Shown here: positions 36,817 through 44,732 of the stretch, piece by piece
Layout of the letters: each line of letters begins with the position of its first letter
Position numbering within the stretch: the first letter of the stretch is position 1
Assembly: GCA_017456985.1 (NCBI GenBank)
Contig: JAFTIH010000037.1
Span: 5,558 to 69,557, forward strand
From: Clostridia bacterium
GTDB taxonomy: Bacteria > Bacillota > Clostridia > Oscillospirales > CAG-272
DNA: 64,000 bases
Direction of reading: 5' to 3'
The notes under the pieces: generated by a model
What the model was told of the DNA's origin: nothing
The model's database searches: none
Seen by the model: only the letters and a program-made list of their open reading frames with translations
Translations under genes and position numbers: made by a program

Positions 36817-36878
36817 CATAAGCACTCGGCCCTCAAAATTTTAACTTTGCAAATAACGCACCGTAAGGAGCAAAACAT

Positions 36879-37238
36879 ATGGAACTTAAAGAAAATATGC
36901 GCATTGTCCAAGAGCTGGTCCCCGGTAAACAGATCACGCTCGCGCACATCATCGCAAATCCCGACCCGCTTCTTTATCAGAAGCTCGGTCTTAATCCCAA
37001 GACGGACTATTCCAAGTCTGCGATCGGTATTCTCACCGTTTCCCCTGCGGAAACGGCGGTCATTTGTGCGGACATCTCGATGAAGTCCTCCAACGCCGAG
37101 GTCGGCTTTGTGGACCGCTTCACGGGTACCTTGATCATCACGGGTACGGTTTCTGCCGTGGATGAGGCGTTCAACGCCATTATGACCTACGTACAGGAGA
37201 AGCTCGGCTATACCGTCGTAGAGAAGACGCGCACGTAA
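36879..37238 (+). CDS. pduU: Circularly permuted BMC shell protein PduU/EutS
   Basis: RIVQELVPGKQITLAHIIANP...SAIGILTVSPAETAVICADI is the PduU/EutS signature N-terminus. Confidence 0.88.
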   Translation: MELKENMRIVQELVPGKQITLAHIIANPDPLLYQKLGLNPKTDYSKSAIGILTVSPAETAVICADISMKSSNAEVGFVDRFTGTLIITGTVSAVDEAFNAIMTYVQEKLGYTVVEKTRT

Positions 37239-37239
37239 G

Positions 37240-37710
37240 ATGAAAAAGCTGATTCTGATGGGGCGTGTCGCCGCAGGAAAGACCACGCTATTGCAGGCGC
37301 TTTCGGGCGAGGACATCTCCTATTATAAAACGCAATCCATCCATTATCTCGACTACATTATTGACACCCCGGGCGAATACACCGAGCGGAGAGAAACCGG
37401 CGGTGCTCTCGCCCTTTATGCATATGAGGCAGACGTTGTGGGACTTGTGATCTCGGCAAACGAGCCTTATTCTATTTATAGCCCCTGCATCACCTGTATG
37501 GTCAACCGCGACGTCATCGGTATCATTACGGGTGTCGATAAGCCGGACGCCAACCCCGAGCAGGTAGAAAATTGGCTCCGCCTTGCAGGATGCTCCCACG
37601 TGTTCCGCGTATCCTCTTATACGGGAGAGGGCATTGAGGAGCTTCTCGATTACTTAAAGGACGACTCGGACCGCGAACAAGAACAAACGGAAGGGAAGAA
37701 AACAGTATGA
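37240..37710 (+). CDS. pduV: PduV/EutP family small GTPase
   Basis: MKKLILMGRVAAGKTTLLQAL...IDTPGEY. Starts 1 nt after the pduU stop. Confidence 0.88.
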   Translation: MKKLILMGRVAAGKTTLLQALSGEDISYYKTQSIHYLDYIIDTPGEYTERRETGGALALYAYEADVVGLVISANEPYSIYSPCITCMVNRDVIGIITGVDKPDANPEQVENWLRLAGCSHVFRVSSYTGEGIEELLDYLKDDSDREQEQTEGKKTV

Positions 37711-38498
37711 GCTTAACCAAAGTGATCTGCTTCGCCAATAACAAGGGAGGAAGCGGAAAATCCACCACCTGCTCCAACGTCGGTACCGCACTTGCACAGA
37801 TGGGAAAGCGCGTGCTTCTCGTGGATGGCGATATGCAGTTAAACCTCTCGCTTTCCTTCTTCGACGAGGACACCGTGCTTTCGATGGCGGCAAGCGAAAA
37901 AAATCTTTATTACGCCATCAAAAACGAGCAGGACCTTGCCGACTATATCATCCCCACTCCCTACGAAAACCTTGACCTCATCCCCTCCTCGACCCTGATG
38001 AGCGGTATTGAGGTGGAGCTTTTCACCAAGTGGCAAAGAGAGTTTATTCTTAAGAAGTGCTTAGAACGCGTGCGCGCCTCGGGCAAATACGATTTTATTC
38101 TGCTCGACTCGCCCCCGACGCTCGGCGGCTGGGTGATGAACATTATGTGCGCCTCCGATTATCTCATCGTTCCCGTTGAGGCAAGCCCCTGGGGACTGTT
38201 CGGACTTGCCAATATGTTCGAGTTTGCAGACAAGGTGCGCTCGCTCGCGCCGAATCTCACCGTGCTCGGCATCGCCGTCACCAAGGCGGACGAGCGCAAG
38301 AACTACTTCCGTCAGACGCTCGAAACGCTGGGCGAGATCGACGGCGTCCATCTGTTTGAGTCCATCATCCGTGTCGATAGCACGGTGGAATGGTCGCAGG
38401 ATAACTCCAAGCCCGTTTTGGTGTATAAGCCTTCGGCAAGAAGTGCCAAGGAATACATAAATCTTACAAAGGAGATTTTAAATTATGTCAGTAGGTAA
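37707..38498 (+). CDS. ParA/MinD-family P-loop ATPase (candidate McdA-like BMC positioning ATPase)
   Basis: Deviant Walker A with signature Lys (NNKGGSGKST), A' motif LLVDGDMQ, Walker B FILLDSPP. 263 aa, no N-terminal HTH. ATGA overlap with pduV. The ParA family call is solid; the BMC-positioning role is inference. Confidence 0.9.
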   Translation: MSLTKVICFANNKGGSGKSTTCSNVGTALAQMGKRVLLVDGDMQLNLSLSFFDEDTVLSMAASEKNLYYAIKNEQDLADYIIPTPYENLDLIPSSTLMSGIEVELFTKWQREFILKKCLERVRASGKYDFILLDSPPTLGGWVMNIMCASDYLIVPVEASPWGLFGLANMFEFADKVRSLAPNLTVLGIAVTKADERKNYFRQTLETLGEIDGVHLFESIIRVDSTVEWSQDNSKPVLVYKPSARSAKEYINLTKEILNYVSR

Positions 38499-38784
38499 AG
38501 CAAGCATTAAGCGCGCTGTCGGCGATAGCGCAAAGGTGGAAGAAAAGGTTGCCGTAGAAAAGGCAGAGGTAGCAAAGGCTCCCGCAGCCAAGAAGGCACC
38601 CGCAAAAAAAGCCCCCGCGAAAAAGCCCGCCGCTCCTAAGGCAGCCGCACCCAAAGCAGAGGCGCCCGCAAAGCCCGCGCCTGCAAAGAAGCCCGCCGCT
38701 CCCAAGCCCGCATCCGCCCCTAAGGCGACCGCCGCAAACGATGCCGTTGCCGTTGGTGACGCGATGCCCTACTATTTGTTATGA
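38485..38784 (+). CDS. Small Lys/Ala/Pro-rich, probably disordered protein (candidate McdB-like adaptor); hypothetical
   Basis: 99 aa counted from the track: 33 A, 19 K, 14 P, net charge about +12. N-terminal basic patch GKASIKR, (P)AKK repeats, C-terminus AMPYYLL. AAGGAG RBS. Overlaps the parA-like stop by 14 nt, and the next gene overlaps its stop by 4 nt. Confidence 0.6.
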   Translation: MSVGKASIKRAVGDSAKVEEKVAVEKAEVAKAPAAKKAPAKKAPAKKPAAPKAAAPKAEAPAKPAPAKKPAAPKPASAPKATAANDAVAVGDAMPYYLL

Positions 38785-40346
38785 TGAAAAAAATACTGTC
38801 CCTATTTCTGCTTTTATCCCTTCTTTTGACGACAGCGTGCTCGTCCTCCCCTTATTTTGATTTCGTCGGCGAGGATCTCTCCGCGTATTACGAGCTTTCT
38901 CTCGATGAGATCACGGGCGGGACCTACGAGATCACGATGTCGGACGAGGTCACGATGGCGGACGTTGAGAAGGAGCTGCGCAGACTGCGTCTGTATCACG
39001 CCACCTACGGTCCCAACGATATTGACACCTACGCGATGATTCCCGAATACGGCGACGACGTGCGTATCTTTTACGAGATCAAGCTCACTGAGGACGGGGA
39101 GTGCCTTCTCTCCAACCTCTACGCCAAGGAGCCGCAATCCGTTATCATCGGACAGTGGGAGTTCCCCGAAGCCATCGAGAAAACCTACTCTCCCGTACTT
39201 GACAACCCCGCTGTTTCCGAGTCGCTTCTTTCGGCGATGCCCGCAGAGCGTATCTTTACGGGCACGGTTGCTGAGGGGGACGTCGTTTATGTAAACTATA
39301 AGCGCTATGCCACCGCTGCCCCCTCCAAGATCCTCTCCTCGCAAACGGCGGCGCGTATCGACTCGGGCGTTCCCGCCGACACGTATGCCGACACCTACGG
39401 TGCGGAATTTGCCCGTGCCGTGGTCGGAAAAACGGTAGGGGATACCTATCGCTTCACCGCGATGGAAACGGTGGACGGTACGCTCCAAGAGGTCACCTAC
39501 GTTTGCAAGGTGTCCTATATTGCAAAGGAAACCTATCGCACCGTTACGGTTGCAGTCCCTGCGGACGCTTACGACGAGGAATACAGCGAGGTGATGCAGA
39601 GCCTCAACGGCAAGACCGTTCTCGTTCGCTACGTCATCCATCGTTACGTTGACTACGCGACCCCCGAGCTTGACGTCAATTTCTTTACCGAGAAGCTGGG
39701 CTTTGAGACCGAGGAAACGGATCCCGCACGCGTCAAGGAAGAGGTGTGCGCCAAGCTTTTGGAGCAGATGGAGCAAACGCGCCTGATCGAAGAGATCTAT
39801 CCCCAGGTCTGGGCGCATATCTTCGATAAACTCTTCGCGCGCAAGGATCGCCTTAAAAAGCTTCCCGAAGCAACGGTGGAGCTTGAATACGACCTTTTGA
39901 TGCTCGAAGGACGCCTTGCGTACGAAAGTGCGCAAAAGAAGGCGACTGAAAACGGCACGGCGTTCTCTTATGCCAATATCGATGCCTTCGCTCCCGAGTA
40001 TTTCGGGTACGACGCGGCGCGCTATTCCACGATGAAGGCATTCTGTGAGGCAGAAGCCGAATACCAGGTCACCGTCAAGGTGATGACCTTCGCGATCGCG
40101 CAGGCGGCGGACATCCTTCTCACCCCCGAGGAGTATGACAAGCTGATCGAAGAGTATCTCGCTTATCTGATCGAATATTATAAATCCTCGTATCAAACGG
40201 ATCAGATCACCCCCGTGATGATCTACCAGAATTACGGCGCAGGCACGCGCGAGGATTTTGAAGCCTTCGTTCTCTATCGTGACACCGAAGGACAGATCCT
40301 AGAATATCTTTACAAAAACAACACCTGGAAGCCCAAGGCTTCTTAA
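38781..40346 (+). CDS. Lipoprotein, function unknown (weak trigger-factor/PPIase-chaperone-like character)
   Basis: Signal peptide plus lipobox MMKKILSLFLLLSLLLTTAC. Helical C-terminal region resembles chaperone arm domains. No confident family assignment by eye. Confidence 0.6.
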   Translation: MMKKILSLFLLLSLLLTTACSSSPYFDFVGEDLSAYYELSLDEITGGTYEITMSDEVTMADVEKELRRLRLYHATYGPNDIDTYAMIPEYGDDVRIFYEIKLTEDGECLLSNLYAKEPQSVIIGQWEFPEAIEKTYSPVLDNPAVSESLLSAMPAERIFTGTVAEGDVVYVNYKRYATAAPSKILSSQTAARIDSGVPADTYADTYGAEFARAVVGKTVGDTYRFTAMETVDGTLQEVTYVCKVSYIAKETYRTVTVAVPADAYDEEYSEVMQSLNGKTVLVRYVIHRYVDYATPELDVNFFTEKLGFETEETDPARVKEEVCAKLLEQMEQTRLIEEIYPQVWAHIFDKLFARKDRLKKLPEATVELEYDLLMLEGRLAYESAQKKATENGTAFSYANIDAFAPEYFGYDAARYSTMKAFCEAEAEYQVTVKVMTFAIAQAADILLTPEEYDKLIEEYLAYLIEYYKSSYQTDQITPVMIYQNYGAGTREDFEAFVLYRDTEGQILEYLYKNNTWKPKAS

Positions 40347-40366
40347 TTTCGGAAAGGACCGCTCGT

Positions 40367-41275
40367 ATGAAAAAACTGATCGCCCTCGCCTTCCTTTTGG
40401 GCATTCTTCTTTCCTGCCTTTTCGGATGCGCGAAGGATCCGAACCCCACGCTTCGCTATATGGTGGACGGGGAAGTCTTTTTTGAGGACGTGATCGAGGA
40501 GGACTCCGAGCGCTTCGACGAGGTGCGAGAGCTTCCCGAAAAAACGGGCTATATTTTCGGCGGTTGGTATTACGACGACGGCAAGTGGGAAAAGCCGCTT
40601 GAGCTCACCGTACTCAACGGCAGGGTGGAAAACAAGACTTACACCGTATATGCCAAATGGGAGGTCGTAGAGCTTTCCTTCGATAAGACCGCCTTGACCT
40701 ATACGGTCACGGGTCTTCTCTCGGGCGCGGGTGCGAGCGTCGTTATTCCCGAAAAGGTGAACGGCTATCCCATCGTCGCCATCGCGGACGGCGCCTTCAA
40801 GGACGTCGTTACGTTAAAGGAGATCACCATTCCGAATACCGTCAAAACGATCGGCGAGCACGCCTTTGAGGGCTGCACGGCGCTTGAGGGCGTCATCATC
40901 CCTCATAGCGTCACCGCCATCGGCAGATATGCTTTTACGGGTTGCTCGTCGCTGGCAAGCGTTCGTTTGAGCGCATCCATCAACACGGTCAGCGCCCACC
41001 TCTTCAAGGACTGTACGGCGCTCACCGAGGTGGTCGTATTCGACGGCGTCACCGCAGTCGGACACGCCTCCTTTGCGGGTTGCTCGTCGCTCTCGTCGCT
41101 GACGCTTCCCAAAAGCGTCAAAACGATCGGCACCGCGATCCTCTCGGGAAGCGCACTTACCGAGCTCACCTTCGGCGGCTCGCTCGACACCTGGTCGCGG
41201 GTGGAGAAGACCGATTTTGCAAACGCCTCTTCGCTCACGGTCGTCCGTTGCACCAACGGCACTGTGGCTCCCTAA
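40367..41275 (+). CDS. Lipoprotein with InlB-type B-repeat and BspA-type leucine-rich repeats
   Basis: Lipobox LLSCLFGC, GYIFGGWYYDDGKWEKP repeat, and repeated IP.SV..IG..AF.GC..L units. Confidence 0.75.
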   Translation: MKKLIALAFLLGILLSCLFGCAKDPNPTLRYMVDGEVFFEDVIEEDSERFDEVRELPEKTGYIFGGWYYDDGKWEKPLELTVLNGRVENKTYTVYAKWEVVELSFDKTALTYTVTGLLSGAGASVVIPEKVNGYPIVAIADGAFKDVVTLKEITIPNTVKTIGEHAFEGCTALEGVIIPHSVTAIGRYAFTGCSSLASVRLSASINTVSAHLFKDCTALTEVVVFDGVTAVGHASFAGCSSLSSLTLPKSVKTIGTAILSGSALTELTFGGSLDTWSRVEKTDFANASSLTVVRCTNGTVAP

Positions 41276-41281
41276 ATAACG

Positions 41282-41311
41282 AAAAGACGCGCAATTTTGC
41301 GCGTCTTTTTT
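41282..41311 (+). terminator. Rho-independent terminator ending the long BMC gene string
   Basis: AAAAGACGCGCA-attt-TGCGCGTCTTTTTT. Confidence 0.8.
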
Positions 41312-41351
41312 CATAAAAACGTGTCAAGCAGATCTTTGAGCGGAGCCGGTT

Positions 41352-41888
41352 TTAATCGGGCTTTTCCTTGCCCGAAAGCTTACGGTTGAAGTGGAAGATC
41401 GAGCTTTCAAACCACGCAAACGCGAGCCAATGCAGCAAATAGCAGGGAATCGCGGCATACGGCAGAAAGGTCGTAACAAAAAGCAAAAGGGAACTGATGC
41501 AAAGAAAGGTCCACGCAGAGGAGATCTTCTCCGCCCCTAACCGCTTATACGCGCCGCGCTCGATCGTCTTGGCGCCCTCTGCAAACTCATAGGTGATATA
41601 AAGCGCCGCCATCGTCATCAAAACGCCGATGGAAAGCTCAATGCCAAGAAAGAGCGGAACGGCGAAGAGATTGAGAAAGAACTCCGCAAGGGAAAAGACG
41701 GTGGCAATCACCGAAACGAGGCGCAAACGCCGAAATGAGTTGTTCTCACGGCGCAAGGAAATGCTTGCAAAGAACAAAAGCGCATACCCGATGAAGTCGG
41801 GCATCAGGTTGACGATCCTCTCGCTCTCGGGAAGCGGGAAGGAAAAATCAAGAAAAACGAAGAAAAAACCGATAAAATAAAGCCACAT
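41352..41888 (-). CDS. Hypothetical integral membrane protein (5-6 TM)
   Basis: Hydrophobic profile only. Start lies 3 nt after the stop of the upstream zinc-ribbon gene. Confidence 0.45.
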   Translation of the reverse strand: MWLYFIGFFFVFLDFSFPLPESERIVNLMPDFIGYALLFFASISLRRENNSFRRLRLVSVIATVFSLAEFFLNLFAVPLFLGIELSIGVLMTMAALYITYEFAEGAKTIERGAYKRLGAEKISSAWTFLCISSLLLFVTTFLPYAAIPCYLLHWLAFAWFESSIFHFNRKLSGKEKPD

Positions 41889-41891
41889 ATC

Positions 41892-42332
41892 TTAAAAGAA
41901 GTAAAACCAGAGGACGAAAAAGACGAGCGCAAGACCAAAGGCGCCCAAAAGAATATAAGAGAACAGATCACCTTTGCCCTTGCTTCCCTCGGCAAGACGC
42001 GCCGCCTCTTCCTCTTCCTTGGCGACCTCCTCAAGCACCGCCGCCATTTCTTCCTCTTCTTCGGGCGTCGGAGCATCCTCGTTCTCAATTTCTCCCGCAA
42101 TAATGGCACCCAGCGTTTCGATCGCTTCGGGATCCTTCATTACGGTTGCGGCAAGGTGATCAAGCTTCTCAATCGCCTCTTTTTTCTGTAAGCTTTCTTC
42201 CACGGCGGTTGCCGTGTCAAGCAAAGCCTCACACTCGGCGCAAAGCACGCGGCGCGTGCCGTAGCGGCTGATAAAAAGAATGGCGGGAGATTCCGCTTCA
42301 AAGCGATTTCTGCAAATAGCACAAGTATTCAT
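41892..42332 (-). CDS. Hypothetical zinc-ribbon protein with acidic linker and C-terminal TM anchor
   Basis: CAIC...CAEC pairs at the N-terminus, an E-rich segment, and the C-terminal LFSYILLGAFGLALVFFVLWFYFF. Confidence 0.45.
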   Translation of the reverse strand: MNTCAICRNRFEAESPAILFISRYGTRRVLCAECEALLDTATAVEESLQKKEAIEKLDHLAATVMKDPEAIETLGAIIAGEIENEDAPTPEEEEEMAAVLEEVAKEEEEAARLAEGSKGKGDLFSYILLGAFGLALVFFVLWFYFF

Positions 42333-42506
42333 TTTTTCGTTTCCTTGTTTTTTTGAAGTGGTAGCCTGAGCTACTTATAGAAGTATAGCACAAACGGGCG
42401 GATTTGTCAACACCTAAGTAGGAATGCGGGAGAAAATGCGCCCTGCCACTTGCTTTTCTCATCGAAATATGATAGAATAAAGAAAAGAAACATGGGAGGA
42501 AAGCTT

Positions 42507-44678
42507 ATGATTTTGATCATCGCGGAAAAGCCAAGTCTTGGCAGAAATATCGCCGCCGCGATTGGCAAGCTGCAATCCCGTAACGGCTATATGGAAGGAG
42601 AAGGGTACCTCGTCAGCTGGGCGTTCGGGCACCTCTTCTCGCTTGCCGACGTTGACCACTACACCCCCAACCCCGACGGCTCGGGCAGATGGTGCCGCGA
42701 GGTGCTTCCTTGCTTCCCGAAGCGCTTCGATTTTGAGCTTCGGCGCGGCGCAGACGGTAAGCGCGACGCGGGCGTCGAGCGGCAGTTTAAGCTCCTTGAG
42801 ACCCTTGCCAACCGCCCCGACGTAGAAGCCGTCGTCAATGCGGGGGACGCCGACCGTGAGGGCGAGATCATCGTGCGCCTTTGTATCGAAAAAGCGCTCA
42901 AAACGAAAAAGCGCGTGCTCCGTCTGTGGCTCCCCGACCAGACGCCCGAAACGGTGCGTGCTGCACTCGCGGATATGAAGGAGGACGCCGCCTACGATAA
43001 TCTTGCAGGCGAGGGCTTCGCCCGCACCTATATCGATTGGCTGTACGGCGTGAACTTTACGCGCTACGCGACGCTTCGCAACGGTCAGCTTCTGCGCGTC
43101 GGTCGCGTAATCGTTCCCATCGTGCGCGCCATTTACGACCGCGATATGGCGATCCGCAACTTCAAAAGCGAAAAATACTTCGCCATCATCAGCCGCGCCG
43201 AGACCAAGGGCGAGGTCGTAGAGCTGACGAGTAAAAAGAAATTTCCCCTTGCCGAGCGCGCAAAAGCTGAGGCTCTTTGTAAGCGATACAACGAAACGGG
43301 CGCGCGCGTGCTCTCCGTCAAAAAGAAAAAAACCACGCTTGCCCCCGGAAAGCTCTATTCGCTTTCCAAGCTGCAAAGCGTTCTCGGAAAAAAGTATAAA
43401 ATGTCAATGACCGACTCGCTCGCCATCGTGCAAAAGCTGTACGAAGCGGGCTACGTCACCTACCCCCGTACCAACTCGGAATACCTCGCCGTGGCGGAAA
43501 AGGATAAAATGCGCAAGATCATCGCAGGCGTGTCCAAGCTCGGCTACCCCGTGCGCTTCAAGGACTCCAAGCAGATCTTTGACGACAGTAAGATCGAATC
43601 CCACTCCGCCCTGACGCCTACCTATAAGATCCCCGCACCCAACGCGCTCTCCGAGGACGAAAAAAAGGTGTATGCCACCATTCTGCGCCGCTTCGTCGCC
43701 GTCTTCTGCGCCGAGGACTGCACCGCCGCCAAAACGGAAATGAAGATCGGCGTGGGGGAGCTTGAGGAATTCGTCTTAAAGGGAACCACCATCCTTACCC
43801 CCGGTTGGACCAAATACGACGACGGCGGACAAAAGGATAAGGTCCTGCCCGACCTTGCCGAGGGTGACGAGGTCGCCGTGGCGTTTGCCCCGACCGAAAA
43901 GGAAACCACGCCGCCCCGTCATTACACCATCGAAACGCTCAACCAGTATCTCAAAAACCCCTTCCGTGAGGAAAAGGCAGAGCTTAAGGAGCGAGAGGAG
44001 AACGGGGAGCTCGACGACGACACGGAGGAGTACCGTGCGATGCTTGAGGGCGTTGAGCTCGGCACCGAAGCAACGCGCACCTCGATCATCGACAACGCCC
44101 GCAAAAGCAAGTATATTGACCTCAAAAAGGACGTCTATACCATTCTTCCGGGCGGCATCCACCTGATCGAGTCCCTTGCCGATATGCACATCACGATGGA
44201 TAAATACAAGACCTGCGAGCTTGGCAAGGCGCTCAAACGCGTCTTCCGCGGTACGATCACGGTCGAAGAGGGTGTGGAGCTTGCCAAGCGCGAGATCGCC
44301 GCAGTCTTTTCCGAGGCGGAAGCCGAGGAGGAGCGGGACGGCATCGGCTATTTCGGCGACGAGGTGGGCGCGTGTCCGCTTTGCGGCGCCCCCGTGCGCC
44401 GCACCTCTTTTGGCTACGGTTGCTCGGCGTACAAGGAAAAGAATTGCCGCTTCTCCATTCGTATGAAGATCCTCGGCAGGCAGATCCCCAAAAGCGTCGC
44501 CGTCGCTTTGCTTCGTGACGGCAAGACGGAGCTTCTCTCAGGCTTCATCTCGCAGAAATCGGGTAAGCCCTTTGACGCGATGCTCACGCTTGAAAAGGAC
44601 GGCAGAGTTGGCTTCGTCTTCCCGCCCCGCCCGAGCGCGTACGAGGAAAACCCCTTTCCTCCCGCATTCCCCCGGTGA
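42507..44678 (+). CDS. topB: DNA topoisomerase III
   Basis: MILIIAEKPS TOPRIM start, GHLF, DADREGE, active-site region TYPRTNSEYL and C-terminal Zn ribbons (CPLCGAPV). TTGCTT-17-TGaTAGAAT promoter around 42449-42478. Confidence 0.9.
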   Translation: MILIIAEKPSLGRNIAAAIGKLQSRNGYMEGEGYLVSWAFGHLFSLADVDHYTPNPDGSGRWCREVLPCFPKRFDFELRRGADGKRDAGVERQFKLLETLANRPDVEAVVNAGDADREGEIIVRLCIEKALKTKKRVLRLWLPDQTPETVRAALADMKEDAAYDNLAGEGFARTYIDWLYGVNFTRYATLRNGQLLRVGRVIVPIVRAIYDRDMAIRNFKSEKYFAIISRAETKGEVVELTSKKKFPLAERAKAEALCKRYNETGARVLSVKKKKTTLAPGKLYSLSKLQSVLGKKYKMSMTDSLAIVQKLYEAGYVTYPRTNSEYLAVAEKDKMRKIIAGVSKLGYPVRFKDSKQIFDDSKIESHSALTPTYKIPAPNALSEDEKKVYATILRRFVAVFCAEDCTAAKTEMKIGVGELEEFVLKGTTILTPGWTKYDDGGQKDKVLPDLAEGDEVAVAFAPTEKETTPPRHYTIETLNQYLKNPFREEKAELKEREENGELDDDTEEYRAMLEGVELGTEATRTSIIDNARKSKYIDLKKDVYTILPGGIHLIESLADMHITMDKYKTCELGKALKRVFRGTITVEEGVELAKREIAAVFSEAEAEEERDGIGYFGDEVGACPLCGAPVRRTSFGYGCSAYKEKNCRFSIRMKILGRQIPKSVAVALLRDGKTELLSGFISQKSGKPFDAMLTLEKDGRVGFVFPPRPSAYEENPFPPAFPR

Positions 44679-44686
44679 AATAAAGA

Positions 44687-44716
44687 AAAGACCTTGCTCG
44701 TGGCAAGGTCTTTTTT
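44687..44716. terminator. Bidirectional terminator (topB / rpsR convergent)
   Basis: AAAAGACCTTGC-tcgtg-GCAAGGTCTTTTTT. Confidence 0.8.
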
Positions 44717-44732
44717 ATAGCGTTTCGCCCAA

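Noticed and set aside
37707-38498. ParA as a chromosome or plasmid partition ATPase (Soj/ParA) or as MinD.
   Set aside because: There is no ParB, parS-like repeats, replication genes or minC/minE nearby, and the gene is embedded by overlaps in the BMC operon. A DNA-partition role cannot be formally excluded from sequence alone.
38478-38705. A 75-aa antisense ORF (Ala/Gly/Phe-rich) opposite the Lys/Ala/Pro-rich ORF. I also considered that the plus-strand 99-aa ORF is itself spurious.
   Set aside because: The antisense ORF has no RBS and is the mirror of a low-complexity GC-rich tract. The plus-strand ORF is kept at moderate confidence only, because it has an AAGGAG RBS and start/stop overlaps with both neighbours.
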